Notes: generated by a model not told the origin, from the sequence alone. Positions 9,503 to 19,659 are shown, counted from the first letter of the stretch. The stretch: DNA of 64,000 bases from Myxococcales bacterium (GCA_045863395.1 BTVJ01000003.1:128001-192000); one strand, 5' to 3'. A program made the numbers and translations.

Positions 9503-10432
9503 ATGTCGATGCACGCCGATGAGGGGGTGTGGTTCCGGGTAGCCGTCGTGCTGCCCGCGGACCTGGAGGAGCCCCTCATCGGCGCGCTCGGCGACGTGGC
9601 AGATCGGGGGCTGGAGGTGGTGGACATCCGCGCCGCCGCCCTCGACTCCACCCTCGACTCACTCCCCGACGATCACGCGCGCATGAGCCTCTTCGCTCGG
9701 GAGCAGGAGCTGGAGTCCGTGCGCGCCTCCATGGCGTCGGCCGTGGCCTTCCTCGCGACCCTTGGGCTTGGGCTCACGGCGGCGCCCCCAGTGGCCGCCA
9801 TCCCCGTGGAGCCCGGGTGGCGCGACGGCTGGCGCGCGTGGTTCAAGGCCAGCCGGGTCACCGAGCGGGTCGTGATCAGGCCGTCGTGGGAGCCGTGGAT
9901 CCCCGCCCCGGAGGATCGGGTCCTCGACCTGGACCCGGGCACGGCCTTCGGGACCGGCGGGCACGCCACGACGCGGCTGTGCCTCGCCGAGGCGGACCGG
10001 CTCATCGGGCGGGGCGACCCCGTGGAGCGCGTGCTGGACGTGGGCACCGGTAGCGGCATCCTGGCCATCGCCTGCGCGCGCCTCGGCGCCCACGAGGTCA
10101 TCGCCATCGACAACGATCCCGAGGCGGTGCTCGTCGCCCGTGAGAACGCTGCGCGCAACGCCGTGGACGACCTGGTGAGGGTGTCCGAGGCCCCGCTCGG
10201 CTCCATCGGCGGCACCTTCCAGCTCATCCTGGCCAACATCCTCGCTCCTACGCTCCTCCAGCTCCGCGAGGCGCTGGTCGCGCGCCTGGCCCCTGGGGGC
10301 CGCATCGTCCTCAGCGGCGTGCTCGACGAGGAGGGGCCCGCCGTCCGCGCGGGCTTCGAGGGCGCCGGCTTGGTCTTTGATCGTGGGGGCGCCGAGGGCG
10401 AGTGGGTGGCGCTGACCCTCCAGCGGCCTTGA
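9503..10432 (+). CDS. prmA: Ribosomal protein L11 methyltransferase
   Basis: LDPGTAFGTGGHATTRLC; LDVGTGSGILAI; ANIL; LSGVL. Confidence 0.95.
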   Translation: MSMHADEGVWFRVAVVLPADLEEPLIGALGDVADRGLEVVDIRAAALDSTLDSLPDDHARMSLFAREQELESVRASMASAVAFLATLGLGLTAAPPVAAIPVEPGWRDGWRAWFKASRVTERVVIRPSWEPWIPAPEDRVLDLDPGTAFGTGGHATTRLCLAEADRLIGRGDPVERVLDVGTGSGILAIACARLGAHEVIAIDNDPEAVLVARENAARNAVDDLVRVSEAPLGSIGGTFQLILANILAPTLLQLREALVARLAPGGRIVLSGVLDEEGPAVRAGFEGAGLVFDRGGAEGEWVALTLQRP

Positions 10433-11202
10433 CCCTTCGCCGGGTCTACGTCTCCGCCCCGCTCGCAGCCCAGGCCGAGCACCTGGAGCTGACCGGCGAG
10501 GAGCACTCGTACGTCACCACCGTCCTGCGCCTGGGGTCGGGCGACCGGGTCCAGCTCTTCGACCGGTGGGGGCTGCGGTGCGACGTGGTCATCGAGGCGG
10601 TGGAGCGGCGCCGGAGTTCTCTACGGGTCGAGCGCTGGGAGGCGTCGCCCGTGCGCCCGGACTCCCCCGTGGACGTGGTGCTCATGCAGGCCCTCCTCAA
10701 GGGCAAGGGCTTCGAGCTCGTGCTCCAGAAGGCGACCGAGCTAGGGGTGGCGCGCGTCGTGCCCCTGGTGACCGAGCGTACCGTGGTGGAGCCCGCTCCG
10801 GGAAAGGTGGACTCTCGCGTCGGGCGCTGGCAGCGCATCTGCGGGGAGGCGGCCCGGCAGTGCGGCCGCACCACGGTCCCCGTCGTGGACGCCCCGCGGT
10901 CGCTGGCCGACGCGCTCGCCATGGCGCCAGCGGGGCTCCGTCTGGGCCTCTGGGAGGGAGAGCGCTCGGCCGGGCTGAGGGAGGTGCTGGAGGCTGCGAG
11001 GGCAGGGGTCGCCACCACCGTGACCCTGGTGATCGGCCCCGAGGGTGGGCTCGGGTGGGCAGAGGTGGAGGCAATGGTCTCTGCGGGCTTTCGGACCGTG
11101 AGCCTCGGCGCCCGGATCCTTCGCGCCGAGACCGCCCCCCTGGCAGCCCTCGTCGCAGTGCAGCTCCTCCTCGGCGATCTGGGCGCAGCGCCCGGCGCTT
11201 GA
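10429..11202 (+). CDS. rsmE: 16S rRNA m3U1498 methyltransferase
   Basis: HSYVTTVLRL; QKATELGV; IGPEGG; SLGARILRAETA; TTG start overlapping prmA stop. Confidence 0.95.
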   Translation: MTLRRVYVSAPLAAQAEHLELTGEEHSYVTTVLRLGSGDRVQLFDRWGLRCDVVIEAVERRRSSLRVERWEASPVRPDSPVDVVLMQALLKGKGFELVLQKATELGVARVVPLVTERTVVEPAPGKVDSRVGRWQRICGEAARQCGRTTVPVVDAPRSLADALAMAPAGLRLGLWEGERSAGLREVLEAARAGVATTVTLVIGPEGGLGWAEVEAMVSAGFRTVSLGARILRAETAPLAALVAVQLLLGDLGAAPGA

Positions 11203-11236
11203 CGGCGCCCCCCACGAGGGGCAGCATCTCGCGGCG

Positions 11237-11785
11237 ATGTTCGATGACTCCCTCCAGGTCCAGCCCCCCGCCCCGCCGCGGGTCAACGCCGCCGGGCTGT
11301 GGCACCGCGCCGCCGCCTTCGCCCTGGACACGGCCCTGGTCGGCCTCATCGCCCTTGCGCTCTGCTCTTCCCTCGGCCTCATCGACTGGCAGTCCTGGCC
11401 CGACGTGCGCTGGAACCCGTTCGACCAGATCGTGGACATCGTCAACTCGCAGCTCGGCAGCTTGCGGGCCCTGGCAGGCGCCACCGCGCTGGTCGCGGTG
11501 GTCTATGGCACCGCCTCCGAGGCCGTCATGGGTGGGACGCCCGGCAAGCGCCTGCTTGGTCTTCGCGTCATCGACGCCTACGGGCGGCGCCCGTGGCTCG
11601 TCGTGCTGGTGCTGCGAAACGTGGTGAAGCTGGTGACGACCGTGATCCTGGGGCTCGGGCCTCTGTGGTGCTTCGTCCATTCGGAGCGGCGCGCCGTCCA
11701 CGATCTGGCGTCCGGGACCCGCGTGGTCACGGAGCGCTCCCTGCGCGCTGCCGTCACCGCGAGTCGCCCGGGTCTCCTCGTGTAG
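11237..11785 (+). CDS. RDD family membrane protein
   Basis: AGLWHRAAAFALD; GTPGKRLLGLRV; RRAVHDLASGTRVV. Confidence 0.9.
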   Translation: MFDDSLQVQPPAPPRVNAAGLWHRAAAFALDTALVGLIALALCSSLGLIDWQSWPDVRWNPFDQIVDIVNSQLGSLRALAGATALVAVVYGTASEAVMGGTPGKRLLGLRVIDAYGRRPWLVVLVLRNVVKLVTTVILGLGPLWCFVHSERRAVHDLASGTRVVTERSLRAAVTASRPGLLV

Positions 11786-12023
11786 CTCGGGCGCGTCCCC
11801 GATCGCGTCTTCGCGTCGCTCGACCCGTTCCAACGAGAGTCCACTGACGAGCACGGAAAGGTGCTCTCGACGCAAGCCCCTGGTGAGAGTGGGGCGTGAT
11901 TGCGAAGATCGTGGTTGACGGCGTGTGCGGCCTCGCTCTACTGTCGCGGGCATAGGATTGGGCGAGTTGTTGCTTGGTGGTCACCCACCGCGGATGGACT
12001 CCGACACTGGAAGGGTGAGAGAC

Positions 12024-14015
12024 ATGGAGAGCGCTCGGCACTGGCTCCAGAATTCGAAGGCGGCAGTTCGCGTAGCCAAGCTGGCGGGGTTTGGTATCGC
12101 AATCGCGGGAGTCATGGGCGCCGGGGCTGCACTCGCAGCGCCCGGTGAGACCGTCCACGCCTGGACGGGCACCGAGACCATCTGCAGCAAGAAGGACTCG
12201 AAGGCCTTCGAGCGGCGCAAACCAAAGTGCGTGAGCGCCATCCAGCACGCTCTCACAGCCGGGAGCCTGTGCGCAGGCAGCACCTACACCCTCACCTTCA
12301 CGACCATGGTCGTGGGACCCGGCGGCGGTCCGTCCTGTGGTGGTGACAGCCCTGGCAAGAACCCACACGACTGCGATCAGACGCTGGAAGCGTGGCTGCG
12401 GTGTGGCGCTGTCACCACGTACCTCGGCGCGGCCGACGACTGGAACAAGTGCGGGAAGGGAGCGATGTCGGGCAGCGCTGGCCCCTTTGCCTTCACGGCG
12501 GGGGCGGGGTGCCACATCATCTTCGCCCACGGTGCCGAAGATGGCTGCGCCACGCCTGCTCCCATCAAGCTGCGCAGCGTGACGATCACCCAGGAAGGCG
12601 CTCCCGCCGACCTGTGCAACGGCATCGATGACGACTGCGACGGCGCGGTCGACGAGGATCACGAACCCACCCAGACCACCTGCGGCACTGGCGCTTGTGA
12701 GGTGACCGGGTCCACCGAGTGCATCGACGGCGAGGTGGTCGACACGTGCAGCGCGCCGGCTCCGCCCCCGCCGCCGACCTGCGAGGCCCCACTGCCATGC
12801 AATCGGGTGCTGTTCAGCCTCAGCCATGGTGAGGCGACCTACAGCAACCCGTTCGAGTATGGCACGGAGCACTCCTGGGGCCCCGCCGCGGATCTGTTGT
12901 CGGCCAGCGGCTACGATTGGGCCGCACACACCGCCGGTCCGCTCGATGGGGGAGCTCTGGAGGGCTCCGACGTACTGATCATCGCCGAGCCCCTGCAGGG
13001 CTTCTCCTCGGCCGAGGTCCAGGCGATCCAGGACTTCGTCGCGGCAGGCGGCGGCCTCCTGCTCATCACGGACTTCAACGCGACCATCATCAACCAGGTC
13101 TCGACCGGGTTTGGCGTGAGCTTCCTGGGCAGCAACATCGGCTGGGTCCGGATCTCCGCCTGGTTGACCGGGCTCCACCCCGTGACCGCGGGGATCGGGA
13201 ACGTCTTCTGGGCGCTGGGATCCACCCTGTCCGTGCTCGACGAGGAGGTGGTGGTGCTCGGGTGGCACCAGGACCAGCCCGTCTATGCCGTGCGCGAGGT
13301 CGGGGACGGCCGGGTGGTCTTCTCCGCCGACAACGAGGTCTTCGCCCGTTATGGCCTGGAAGGCATTGGCGACCCGACCCCGGGCCAGCCCCGCGACAAT
13401 GAGGCCCTGTGGCTCAACACGGTCGCTTGGCTCGCCAACTGCCAGGAGCCCGAGCCCTGCGAGCCGGTGAGCCCCGAGGCGGTGTGCAACGGCGTGGACG
13501 ACGACTGCGACGGTGTCATCGACGAGGACTGCACCTGTCTCCAGGGGCAGGTGATCCTCAGTGATGAGGAGACCCTGGCAAACGGTGCTCCGGCGGTTGC
13601 GACCTGGGATCAGCACTCCTACTGGACCGCGAGCATCCCCGGCGCCACGTGGATCTGGACCGAGTACTTCGTGAGCCAGCCGCAGGTGTCGACGACGGTG
13701 ATCTTCACGCGGTCCATCGAGATCCCCGCTGGCGCCTCCGGCATCGAGGCGTCCATCATCGTGTCTGCCGACAACTCCTACGAGCTGTCGGTCAACGGCG
13801 AAGCAGCGGGTCAGAGCGCCATCGAGACAAACTACTTCGGCACGAAGACCCATGACCTCACGGGCTTCCTCGTGCCGGGGGAGAACACACTGATGGTGAC
13901 GGTGCATAACTGGGCCCAGCCCGGCGGCAACGCGACCAGCAACCCCGCGGGACTGCTCTACAAGACCGAGATAGTATACGACGCGCCCTCCGACCAGGGC
14001 GTCTGTCTCGACTGA
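12024..14015 (+). CDS. Secreted multidomain protein with two CNGxDDDCDGxxDE putative metal-binding repeats
   Basis: Signal-like hydrophobic stretch ending ALA; CNGIDDDCDGAVDE and CNGVDDDCDGVIDE; central FSSAEVQAIQDFVAAGGGLLL domain; C-terminal ATWIW..SADNSYELSVNG..NPAGLL beta-sandwich; start uncertain. Confidence 0.7.
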   Translation: MESARHWLQNSKAAVRVAKLAGFGIAIAGVMGAGAALAAPGETVHAWTGTETICSKKDSKAFERRKPKCVSAIQHALTAGSLCAGSTYTLTFTTMVVGPGGGPSCGGDSPGKNPHDCDQTLEAWLRCGAVTTYLGAADDWNKCGKGAMSGSAGPFAFTAGAGCHIIFAHGAEDGCATPAPIKLRSVTITQEGAPADLCNGIDDDCDGAVDEDHEPTQTTCGTGACEVTGSTECIDGEVVDTCSAPAPPPPPTCEAPLPCNRVLFSLSHGEATYSNPFEYGTEHSWGPAADLLSASGYDWAAHTAGPLDGGALEGSDVLIIAEPLQGFSSAEVQAIQDFVAAGGGLLLITDFNATIINQVSTGFGVSFLGSNIGWVRISAWLTGLHPVTAGIGNVFWALGSTLSVLDEEVVVLGWHQDQPVYAVREVGDGRVVFSADNEVFARYGLEGIGDPTPGQPRDNEALWLNTVAWLANCQEPEPCEPVSPEAVCNGVDDDCDGVIDEDCTCLQGQVILSDEETLANGAPAVATWDQHSYWTASIPGATWIWTEYFVSQPQVSTTVIFTRSIEIPAGASGIEASIIVSADNSYELSVNGEAAGQSAIETNYFGTKTHDLTGFLVPGENTLMVTVHNWAQPGGNATSNPAGLLYKTEIVYDAPSDQGVCLD

Positions 14016-14365
14016 CCCCGTGAGGCGCCGTCGGGCCGCCCTCCAGCCCCGGCGCGGGCGTCTGCCTTCACCGTCCTGTCCGGAATACGTCCTGCTGCTC
14101 GAGCGAAGAGCCGTACCACGAGGTGTACGTGCCAGCGTTTGAGAACGACGAGACGGAGGTGACGGTGGTGGGCTTGAAATACTCGCCGTACTTCTGCGCC
14201 TGGCCGGAACATCTGCTGGGAAGGAACTTGCTGCACGAGGCGCTGGCCCCGGTGGGGCCGGGCCGAGCTGCCCGCAGCCCGGGCCGAGTCGCCGTCGGCC
14301 TGTGACGTGGCCCCGCGCCTCCCTGCGGACGCGCCTCCTGCGCTCCCGCAGCGAGCCGCACGCCC

Positions 14366-15289
14366 CTACTGCAGCTCGTGCGCGTCCCGGATCGCGTCCT
14401 TGAGCCCCTCCACCCGCTCCAGGTAGAGGCCGTTCACGAACAGGGTCGGGGTGCCCTCGACGCCTGCCCTCTCGCCCTCGGCCCTGTCCGCGGCGATGCG
14501 GGCCTCTGCGGCCTGCGTGTCGCTCTCGAGGCGTTTGAGGTCCAGGCCCGCCTCCTTGGCGAGCTTGCGCATCAGCTCGTCGTCCAGCTCCTTCTGGTGG
14601 GAGAAGAGCCGGTCGTGGTAGTCCCAGAAGCGCCCCTGTTTGTGGGCGGCCCACGCCAGGCGGGCGGCGGCCTTCGCGTTCTTGTGCAGGGGCAGCGGGA
14701 AGAACTTGTAGACCAGCGCCAGGTCTTTGCGCGACGCGACCAGCTCCTTGAGGGGCGTGCCCACTTCGCGGCAGTAGGGGCACTCGAAGTCGCTGAAGAT
14801 CACGATCTCGACCTTGGCGTCGGCTGGCCCCAGGCGTGGGCTCGACGCCGTGTCGAAGTGAAAGCGGGCGTTGATGTTCGCGACGCGGCGCAGCAGGCCT
14901 CGCACCGCGTCACGACGCGACATGCCCGAGGCCAGGTCGTTGGCCAGGTGCGTTGCCAGGCGTGGCGCGATGGGGCAGCCGGTCGGGTCTGCCAGCGTGT
15001 CCTTGAAGCTCTGGGGTTTGCCGCAGGGGCAGAACTGCTCCTCGACGATCTGACCGAAGAGCGCGCGCCCCGCGGCGTCGAGCTTGCCGAGGTCCACCCC
15101 CACGGGGTCCGGGCTCGTTTGACAAAGGGCAGGGGGGGCGCTAATAACCGTTGCCGCGGCCATCGCCATCGCCACGGCACACGCGAGGGTGCGCGGGCGG
15201 ACGCCCCGCGCGGCGAGGGAGGGCCCGAGGCCGGCAGCGCGCCTCACGCGAACTCTCGGAACCGCTTGACTGGGCTGCTCTTGACTCAT
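14366..15289 (-). CDS. DsbA/thioredoxin-fold disulfide oxidoreductase
   Basis: FSDFECPYC; FPLPLH; GVEGTPTLFVNG; N-terminal CPCG..C domain; start at MSQEQ. Confidence 0.88.
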   Translation of the reverse strand: MSQEQPSQAVPRVRVRRAAGLGPSLAARGVRPRTLACAVAMAMAAATVISAPPALCQTSPDPVGVDLGKLDAAGRALFGQIVEEQFCPCGKPQSFKDTLADPTGCPIAPRLATHLANDLASGMSRRDAVRGLLRRVANINARFHFDTASSPRLGPADAKVEIVIFSDFECPYCREVGTPLKELVASRKDLALVYKFFPLPLHKNAKAAARLAWAAHKQGRFWDYHDRLFSHQKELDDELMRKLAKEAGLDLKRLESDTQAAEARIAADRAEGERAGVEGTPTLFVNGLYLERVEGLKDAIRDAHELQ

Positions 15290-15334
15290 TGTCTCCCCGA
15301 CGACGTGACGAACCACCGTACAAACGCACCCCCC

Positions 15335-15907
15335 GTGTGTCAAGGCGCTCCGGGCCCCACGTCGCCCGTCGAGGAGGGGCGGGTCGTCGCCATCGCCCTG
15401 GGAGCGAACCTGGGTGACGCGGCGGGGACCCTCCGTGACGCGATCACGGAGCTGTCCGCCGGGCCCGCGCTCCAGGGTGCGGTGGTGTCGGGCCTCTACG
15501 GCACGGCCCCGGTCGGTCCCCCGCAGCCCGACTTCCTCAACGCGGTGCTCGTGGCTCGCACCTCGTGGGAGCCCCACCGGCTGCTCCGCTGGCTGCAGCA
15601 GATCGAGGGGGCGCACGGCCGCCAGCGAGACGTCCGGTGGGGGCCGAGGACCCTGGACCTGGACCTGCTCTTCGTGGGCGACTCCGTGCTCTGCGACGAG
15701 GCGCTGACGCTGCCGCACCCCGGCGTCGCGAGCCGCGGGTTCGTGCTGGTGCCTCTGTGCGATGTCCTGCCGGACGCCGTGCACCCGACCCTCGGGGTCT
15801 CCTTCAGGACGCTGCTCGCCCGCTGGCGCCTGCGCACGGCGTCCCCTGACCGCCAGGTGTGGACCGTGCGCCCTCCGAGCCTCCCGATTGCAGAGGTAGC
15901 CGCATGA
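15335..15907 (+). CDS. folK: 2-amino-4-hydroxy-6-hydroxymethyldihydropteridine diphosphokinase
   Basis: IALGANLGD; QPDFLNAV; RWGPRTLDLDLL; LTLPHP; RGFVLVPL; start approximate. Confidence 0.93.
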   Translation: MCQGAPGPTSPVEEGRVVAIALGANLGDAAGTLRDAITELSAGPALQGAVVSGLYGTAPVGPPQPDFLNAVLVARTSWEPHRLLRWLQQIEGAHGRQRDVRWGPRTLDLDLLFVGDSVLCDEALTLPHPGVASRGFVLVPLCDVLPDAVHPTLGVSFRTLLARWRLRTASPDRQVWTVRPPSLPIAEVAA

Positions 15908-16701
15908 GCGCCCGCGCACTCCTCCTCGTCGCCCTGCTGTGCTCCTGCGACCATGCTCCGGAGGCCCTCCTGGGGCCGTCACGCGACCTGCGCGGCGCGC
16001 CCGCCCCCGAGCTCCCCCCTCCAGTGCTGGCCGAGTGGCCTCTCCGCACCCACGCGGACTACGACGCCCTGGAGGCGGCCTTCGAGGCGCGCGCGTCCCT
16101 CCCTGACCTGGCCTCGCTGCTGTTGGGTGTGGCCGAGCGGCGAGGGGACGACGCGCTGCTCCTCGGGCGCGTCGCGCTCCTCTGGCTGGACGGTCGCGCC
16201 GGAGAGCGCTCGCTGAAGCTGGTCTTCGACCTGGTGGACAAGGTGCGGGCCCTCGCCCCTGACGCCGCGGACACCCGGTACCTGCTCCTCGAGGTCAAGC
16301 GCGCCGTCGTGTGGGACGCCGCCGGCCGGTCGGCCTCCGTCCCGGGGGGGCAGGAGGACATCGCCCGCCGCTTCCTCGAGGATGTGGACGCGCTGCTCTC
16401 CGCGGCCCCTGACTACGTGGGGCCTGGCGGTGTGACGGCTGCCACGCTGCGTGTGGAGCGAGCCGCAGTGGCGTCGACGCTGGAGCGGGGGAGCGCCGAG
16501 TCGCCCCCAGGGGCCACTGCGGACGGCACACCCCTCGATCAGGACGAGGCCACCCTCTGGCGGTCGTGGGCCGCCTTCGTGGTCACCCTGGAGGCCTCCG
16601 GGAGCCGCAAGGCCTGCAACCTTGCTCACGACGTCCTCGCGGCCGACCCGCCGGGCGACATCGCTGCCCTCGTGCGTGCGCGCTGCCCGGGCGCCCACTA
16701 G
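15904..16701 (+). CDS. Hypothetical lipoprotein
   Basis: MSARALLLVALLCSC; ATGA overlap with folK stop. Confidence 0.65.
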   Translation: MSARALLLVALLCSCDHAPEALLGPSRDLRGAPAPELPPPVLAEWPLRTHADYDALEAAFEARASLPDLASLLLGVAERRGDDALLLGRVALLWLDGRAGERSLKLVFDLVDKVRALAPDAADTRYLLLEVKRAVVWDAAGRSASVPGGQEDIARRFLEDVDALLSAAPDYVGPGGVTAATLRVERAAVASTLERGSAESPPGATADGTPLDQDEATLWRSWAAFVVTLEASGSRKACNLAHDVLAADPPGDIAALVRARCPGAH

Positions 16702-16705
16702 CGCC

Positions 16706-17722
16706 ATGGGGAGCATCGAACGCCGCGTCCTCGGCTCGGTCATCCTGGGCGTCGTGGCCCTGGTCGGCTTTGGCATCTACGCCGATCTTCAAGAGCTCGT
16801 GGCGACCGTGTCGGGCTTCGACCCTCTCCTCGCGTTGGCTGCCCTGGCCCTGGCCGCCGGCAACTACGGTGTACGCTTCGTGCGCTGGCACTACTATCTC
16901 GGGCGCATCGGCGTGACGGTGCCGCCGGCCCGAAGCCTCGGGATCTTCCTCAGCGGCCTCTCCATGAGCGTCACCCCCGGCAAGCTGGGCGAGCTGCTCA
17001 AGTCGTGGCTGCTCAAGACCTCCTACGGGGTCCCGGTGGCGCGCAGCGCGCCCATCGTCTTCGCGGAGCGCGCCACGGACCTCATCGCGCTACTCCTGCT
17101 GTGCGCCGTCGGGGTCGCGTCCAGCCACTACGGTCTGGAGGTGATCGTCGGGTCCGCCGTGGTGGTGGTCGGCGGCATCGCGCTCCTGCTGTTCCGGCCG
17201 GTGGGCGAGCGCCTGGTCGGGGCGACGCGCCACGTCCCGGGCCTGAAGCGCCTGACGCCGAGGCTGCTCCACGCCTACGAGAGCGCGGTCGTCCTCCTCT
17301 CACCGTGGCCGCTCCTGGTGGCGGTCGCGCTGAGCGTCTTCGCGTGGTGGCTGGAGTGTGTGGCCTTCCACGTGGTGTTGGTCGGCTTCGAGGCGGCCCG
17401 CCCGGAGCTGGGAACCTCAACCTTCATCTACGCCTTTGCGACCATCGCGGGAGCGATCACCATGCTCCCGGGCGGCCTCATCGCCACGGAGGGGAGCATG
17501 ATCGCGCTCTTGCAGACGGTCTTCCTCGTGACCGACGACAAGGCCGTGGCCACGGCGGGGACACTGATCACGCGCTTCTGCACCCTCTGGTTCGCGGTCC
17601 TGGTCGGCTTCGCGGCGCTGGGGCTCCTTCGTCGGGCCATGCGGGGGGACCCGCCGCTGGGTGAGGTGCCGCCCGACGCCAAGGGCCCGTGCAGTGATAA
17701 CCTGATCCACCGAGGGCGGTGA
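16706..17722 (+). CDS. Lysylphosphatidylglycerol-synthase TM / flippase-like (UPF0104) membrane protein
   Basis: NYGVRFVRWHYYL; TPGKLGELLK; ERATD; LPGGLIATEG; multiple TM helices. Confidence 0.88.
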   Translation: MGSIERRVLGSVILGVVALVGFGIYADLQELVATVSGFDPLLALAALALAAGNYGVRFVRWHYYLGRIGVTVPPARSLGIFLSGLSMSVTPGKLGELLKSWLLKTSYGVPVARSAPIVFAERATDLIALLLLCAVGVASSHYGLEVIVGSAVVVVGGIALLLFRPVGERLVGATRHVPGLKRLTPRLLHAYESAVVLLSPWPLLVAVALSVFAWWLECVAFHVVLVGFEAARPELGTSTFIYAFATIAGAITMLPGGLIATEGSMIALLQTVFLVTDDKAVATAGTLITRFCTLWFAVLVGFAALGLLRRAMRGDPPLGEVPPDAKGPCSDNLIHRGR

Positions 17723-17844
17723 TGCGCCCCGCTGGGGGGTCGACGAGACCGCAGGCAGGGCCTTGTCCTTCCAAGGTCTCGGCGGGCCGCCAGCGGGGAT
17801 GCAGCGGCGGCCGAATGGACAGGTCATCGCTGCACGGGGCCTAA

Positions 17845-18020
17845 GAGGGTGTATTCAAAATGGCCGTGCTACGCGCGCGGTCGCATCCCGCCTGGCCGCG
17901 TCGCGGGCCTCCCGACGAGGGGACGAGTACCACGAGTACGCGCCCCCTCGTCGGGAAGCCCGCTCCTTGCCATGCGGGCGCGCCCACGCGCTCGCGACGG
18001 GCCATTTTGAATACACCCTC
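17845..18020. mobile_element. MITE-like element, 176 bp, 21-bp perfect terminal inverted repeats, TAA target duplication
   Basis: GAGGGTGTATTCAAAATGGCC (17845-65) / GGCCATTTTGAATACACCCTC (18000-20); TAA at 17842-44 and 18021-23; internal long hairpin. Confidence 0.85.
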
Positions 18021-18841
18021 TAAGGCGTGACGCAGATCTTCGCGACGGGTGAGCAGGTCGCGCCGTTGGGACACTCCTCGTCCGTCTCACACGGGATCTC
18101 GGCGTAGCACTTGAGGTCCGGGCCGCAGAACTTCCCCGCGCCGCAGTCCGCGTCCTCGGCGCAGCCCTCCGTCAGGTAGCAGATGCCGTCCTCGCCGCAC
18201 AGGGCCTCGCCCGGGCAGGGGCGCTCCGCCGAGCAGGTCTGGTAGCAGAGACCGTCCTTGCCGCAGATGGTGCCGCCCGGGCAGTCCGTGTCTGCCTTGC
18301 ACAGCGCCACGCAGGTGCCCGCGTCGCAGGTGGCGCCCCCCGGGCAGTCCGTGTCCTTCTCGCACCCGATGGGGGTCTTGCACGCGCCGTTGCTGCAGAA
18401 CTCGCCGTCACAGCAGTCCTTGTCCGATCCGCAGCCCGGCAGGCACTTGCCCGCGGCGCCGCACAGGGAGCCGCACGGGCACTCCTGGTCCGACGTGCAG
18501 GTGGCGCTCGCCTGGCACTCCCCGTTGGAGTTGCAGTGCTCGCCGGAGCCGCAGTCCACGTCGCCCCAGCACTCGGCGGTGTAGCAGAGGCCGTCACAGG
18601 CGCAGCGTTGGCCGCTGGGGCACCCGCCCGGCTGGCAGCCATGCGGCACGCGGCAGCAACCGGTCACGCCGGAGCAGACCATGTCCGCCGGGCAGTCGGC
18701 GGCGTGGGTGCAGGCGAGGGGGCCGACGATCATCGTGCGGTCCTCGACGGCGCAGGAGGGCCAAAGGGTTGCCCCGGCGAGCGCCAGGGAGACGAGGGCG
18801 ACGGAGCCCAGGATGGTTGCGGCGGTGGACCGGGGTGTCAT
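18020..18841 (-). CDS. Secreted Cys-rich repeat protein
   Basis: Signal peptide followed by about 8 C..D.DC..G..C...G.C repeats. Confidence 0.8.
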   Translation of the reverse strand: MTPRSTAATILGSVALVSLALAGATLWPSCAVEDRTMIVGPLACTHAADCPADMVCSGVTGCCRVPHGCQPGGCPSGQRCACDGLCYTAECWGDVDCGSGEHCNSNGECQASATCTSDQECPCGSLCGAAGKCLPGCGSDKDCCDGEFCSNGACKTPIGCEKDTDCPGGATCDAGTCVALCKADTDCPGGTICGKDGLCYQTCSAERPCPGEALCGEDGICYLTEGCAEDADCGAGKFCGPDLKCYAEIPCETDEECPNGATCSPVAKICVTP

Positions 18842-18930
18842 TGTCCCTCCTGGACATGGGGGGGCGGTTCGTGCTTCCATTCCCGGCTCGCCCCCGAGCG
18901 CTCCTCGCCCGGCGGGCGCGGAGGTGAACG

Positions 18931-19659
18931 ATGGGACGATCCTGGTGCAGCGCGCCTCTCCTGTCAATTGTGCGACGCGCCGGTGCGCTCGCCCTCCTGC
19001 TGCTTGGCTCGGCCTGCGGCGCCCCCTCCTCGCCGGACGGGTCCTGGGTGACGCCAGGGGCGGCCGCCCGTGTCGTCGCCAGCGCCCATGCGGCGCTTCA
19101 GCGGGGTGACCACGAGGCTGCCTATGCCCTCATCGACTTCGACGAGAAGTCCCGCCGGATGCTTGGCGAGATCTATGATGGCGGCCCCCCTGAGGAGCAG
19201 GAGCGGCTCCACCGGCACCTGCAGGGGCAGTTCTTGCGCACCTGGGAGAAGCACTGGAAGGCGCCGGAGGCGGCCGGGGAGTCCTGGTACTCCACGATGG
19301 ACTGGGTGAGCCCGGCGGAGGCCCGGGTCTACCTGACGCTGCCCGATGACCCGGAGACCGGGCGAGAGACCGTGGAGCTGACGTACATCGTCGGGGCGCG
19401 GCGTGACGGGGCGCGCATCATCGACCGGACGGTGAGCATCGGCGGCCGCGGGAGCACGACCAAGCTCTTCATCGAGCTGGTCAAGCGGAAGGCGCTCCCG
19501 GAGGACGGCGGCCCCGTCACCCTGGCTCGGGCGAACGACGCCATCGAGCGGCTCATCGACAGCATCCAGATCCAGCGCATCGTCCTCGGGCCGGAGCACG
19601 CCCGCGAGCTGAGGCAGCTCCCGGGGGACCCGGAGGCGCCGGCTCCAGAGCCCGAGTGA
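18931..19659 (+). CDS. Hypothetical lipoprotein
   Basis: GGAGGTGA SD before ATG; LLLLGSAC lipobox; GC3 bias. Confidence 0.65.
   Translation: MGRSWCSAPLLSIVRRAGALALLLLGSACGAPSSPDGSWVTPGAAARVVASAHAALQRGDHEAAYALIDFDEKSRRMLGEIYDGGPPEEQERLHRHLQGQFLRTWEKHWKAPEAAGESWYSTMDWVSPAEARVYLTLPDDPETGRETVELTYIVGARRDGARIIDRTVSIGGRGSTTKLFIELVKRKALPEDGGPVTLARANDAIERLIDSIQIQRIVLGPEHARELRQLPGDPEAPAPEPE

Noticed and set aside
14378..15334. Long N-terminal extension of FolK
   Set aside because: Antisense to the DsbA-like gene; FolK motifs begin only after ~15380
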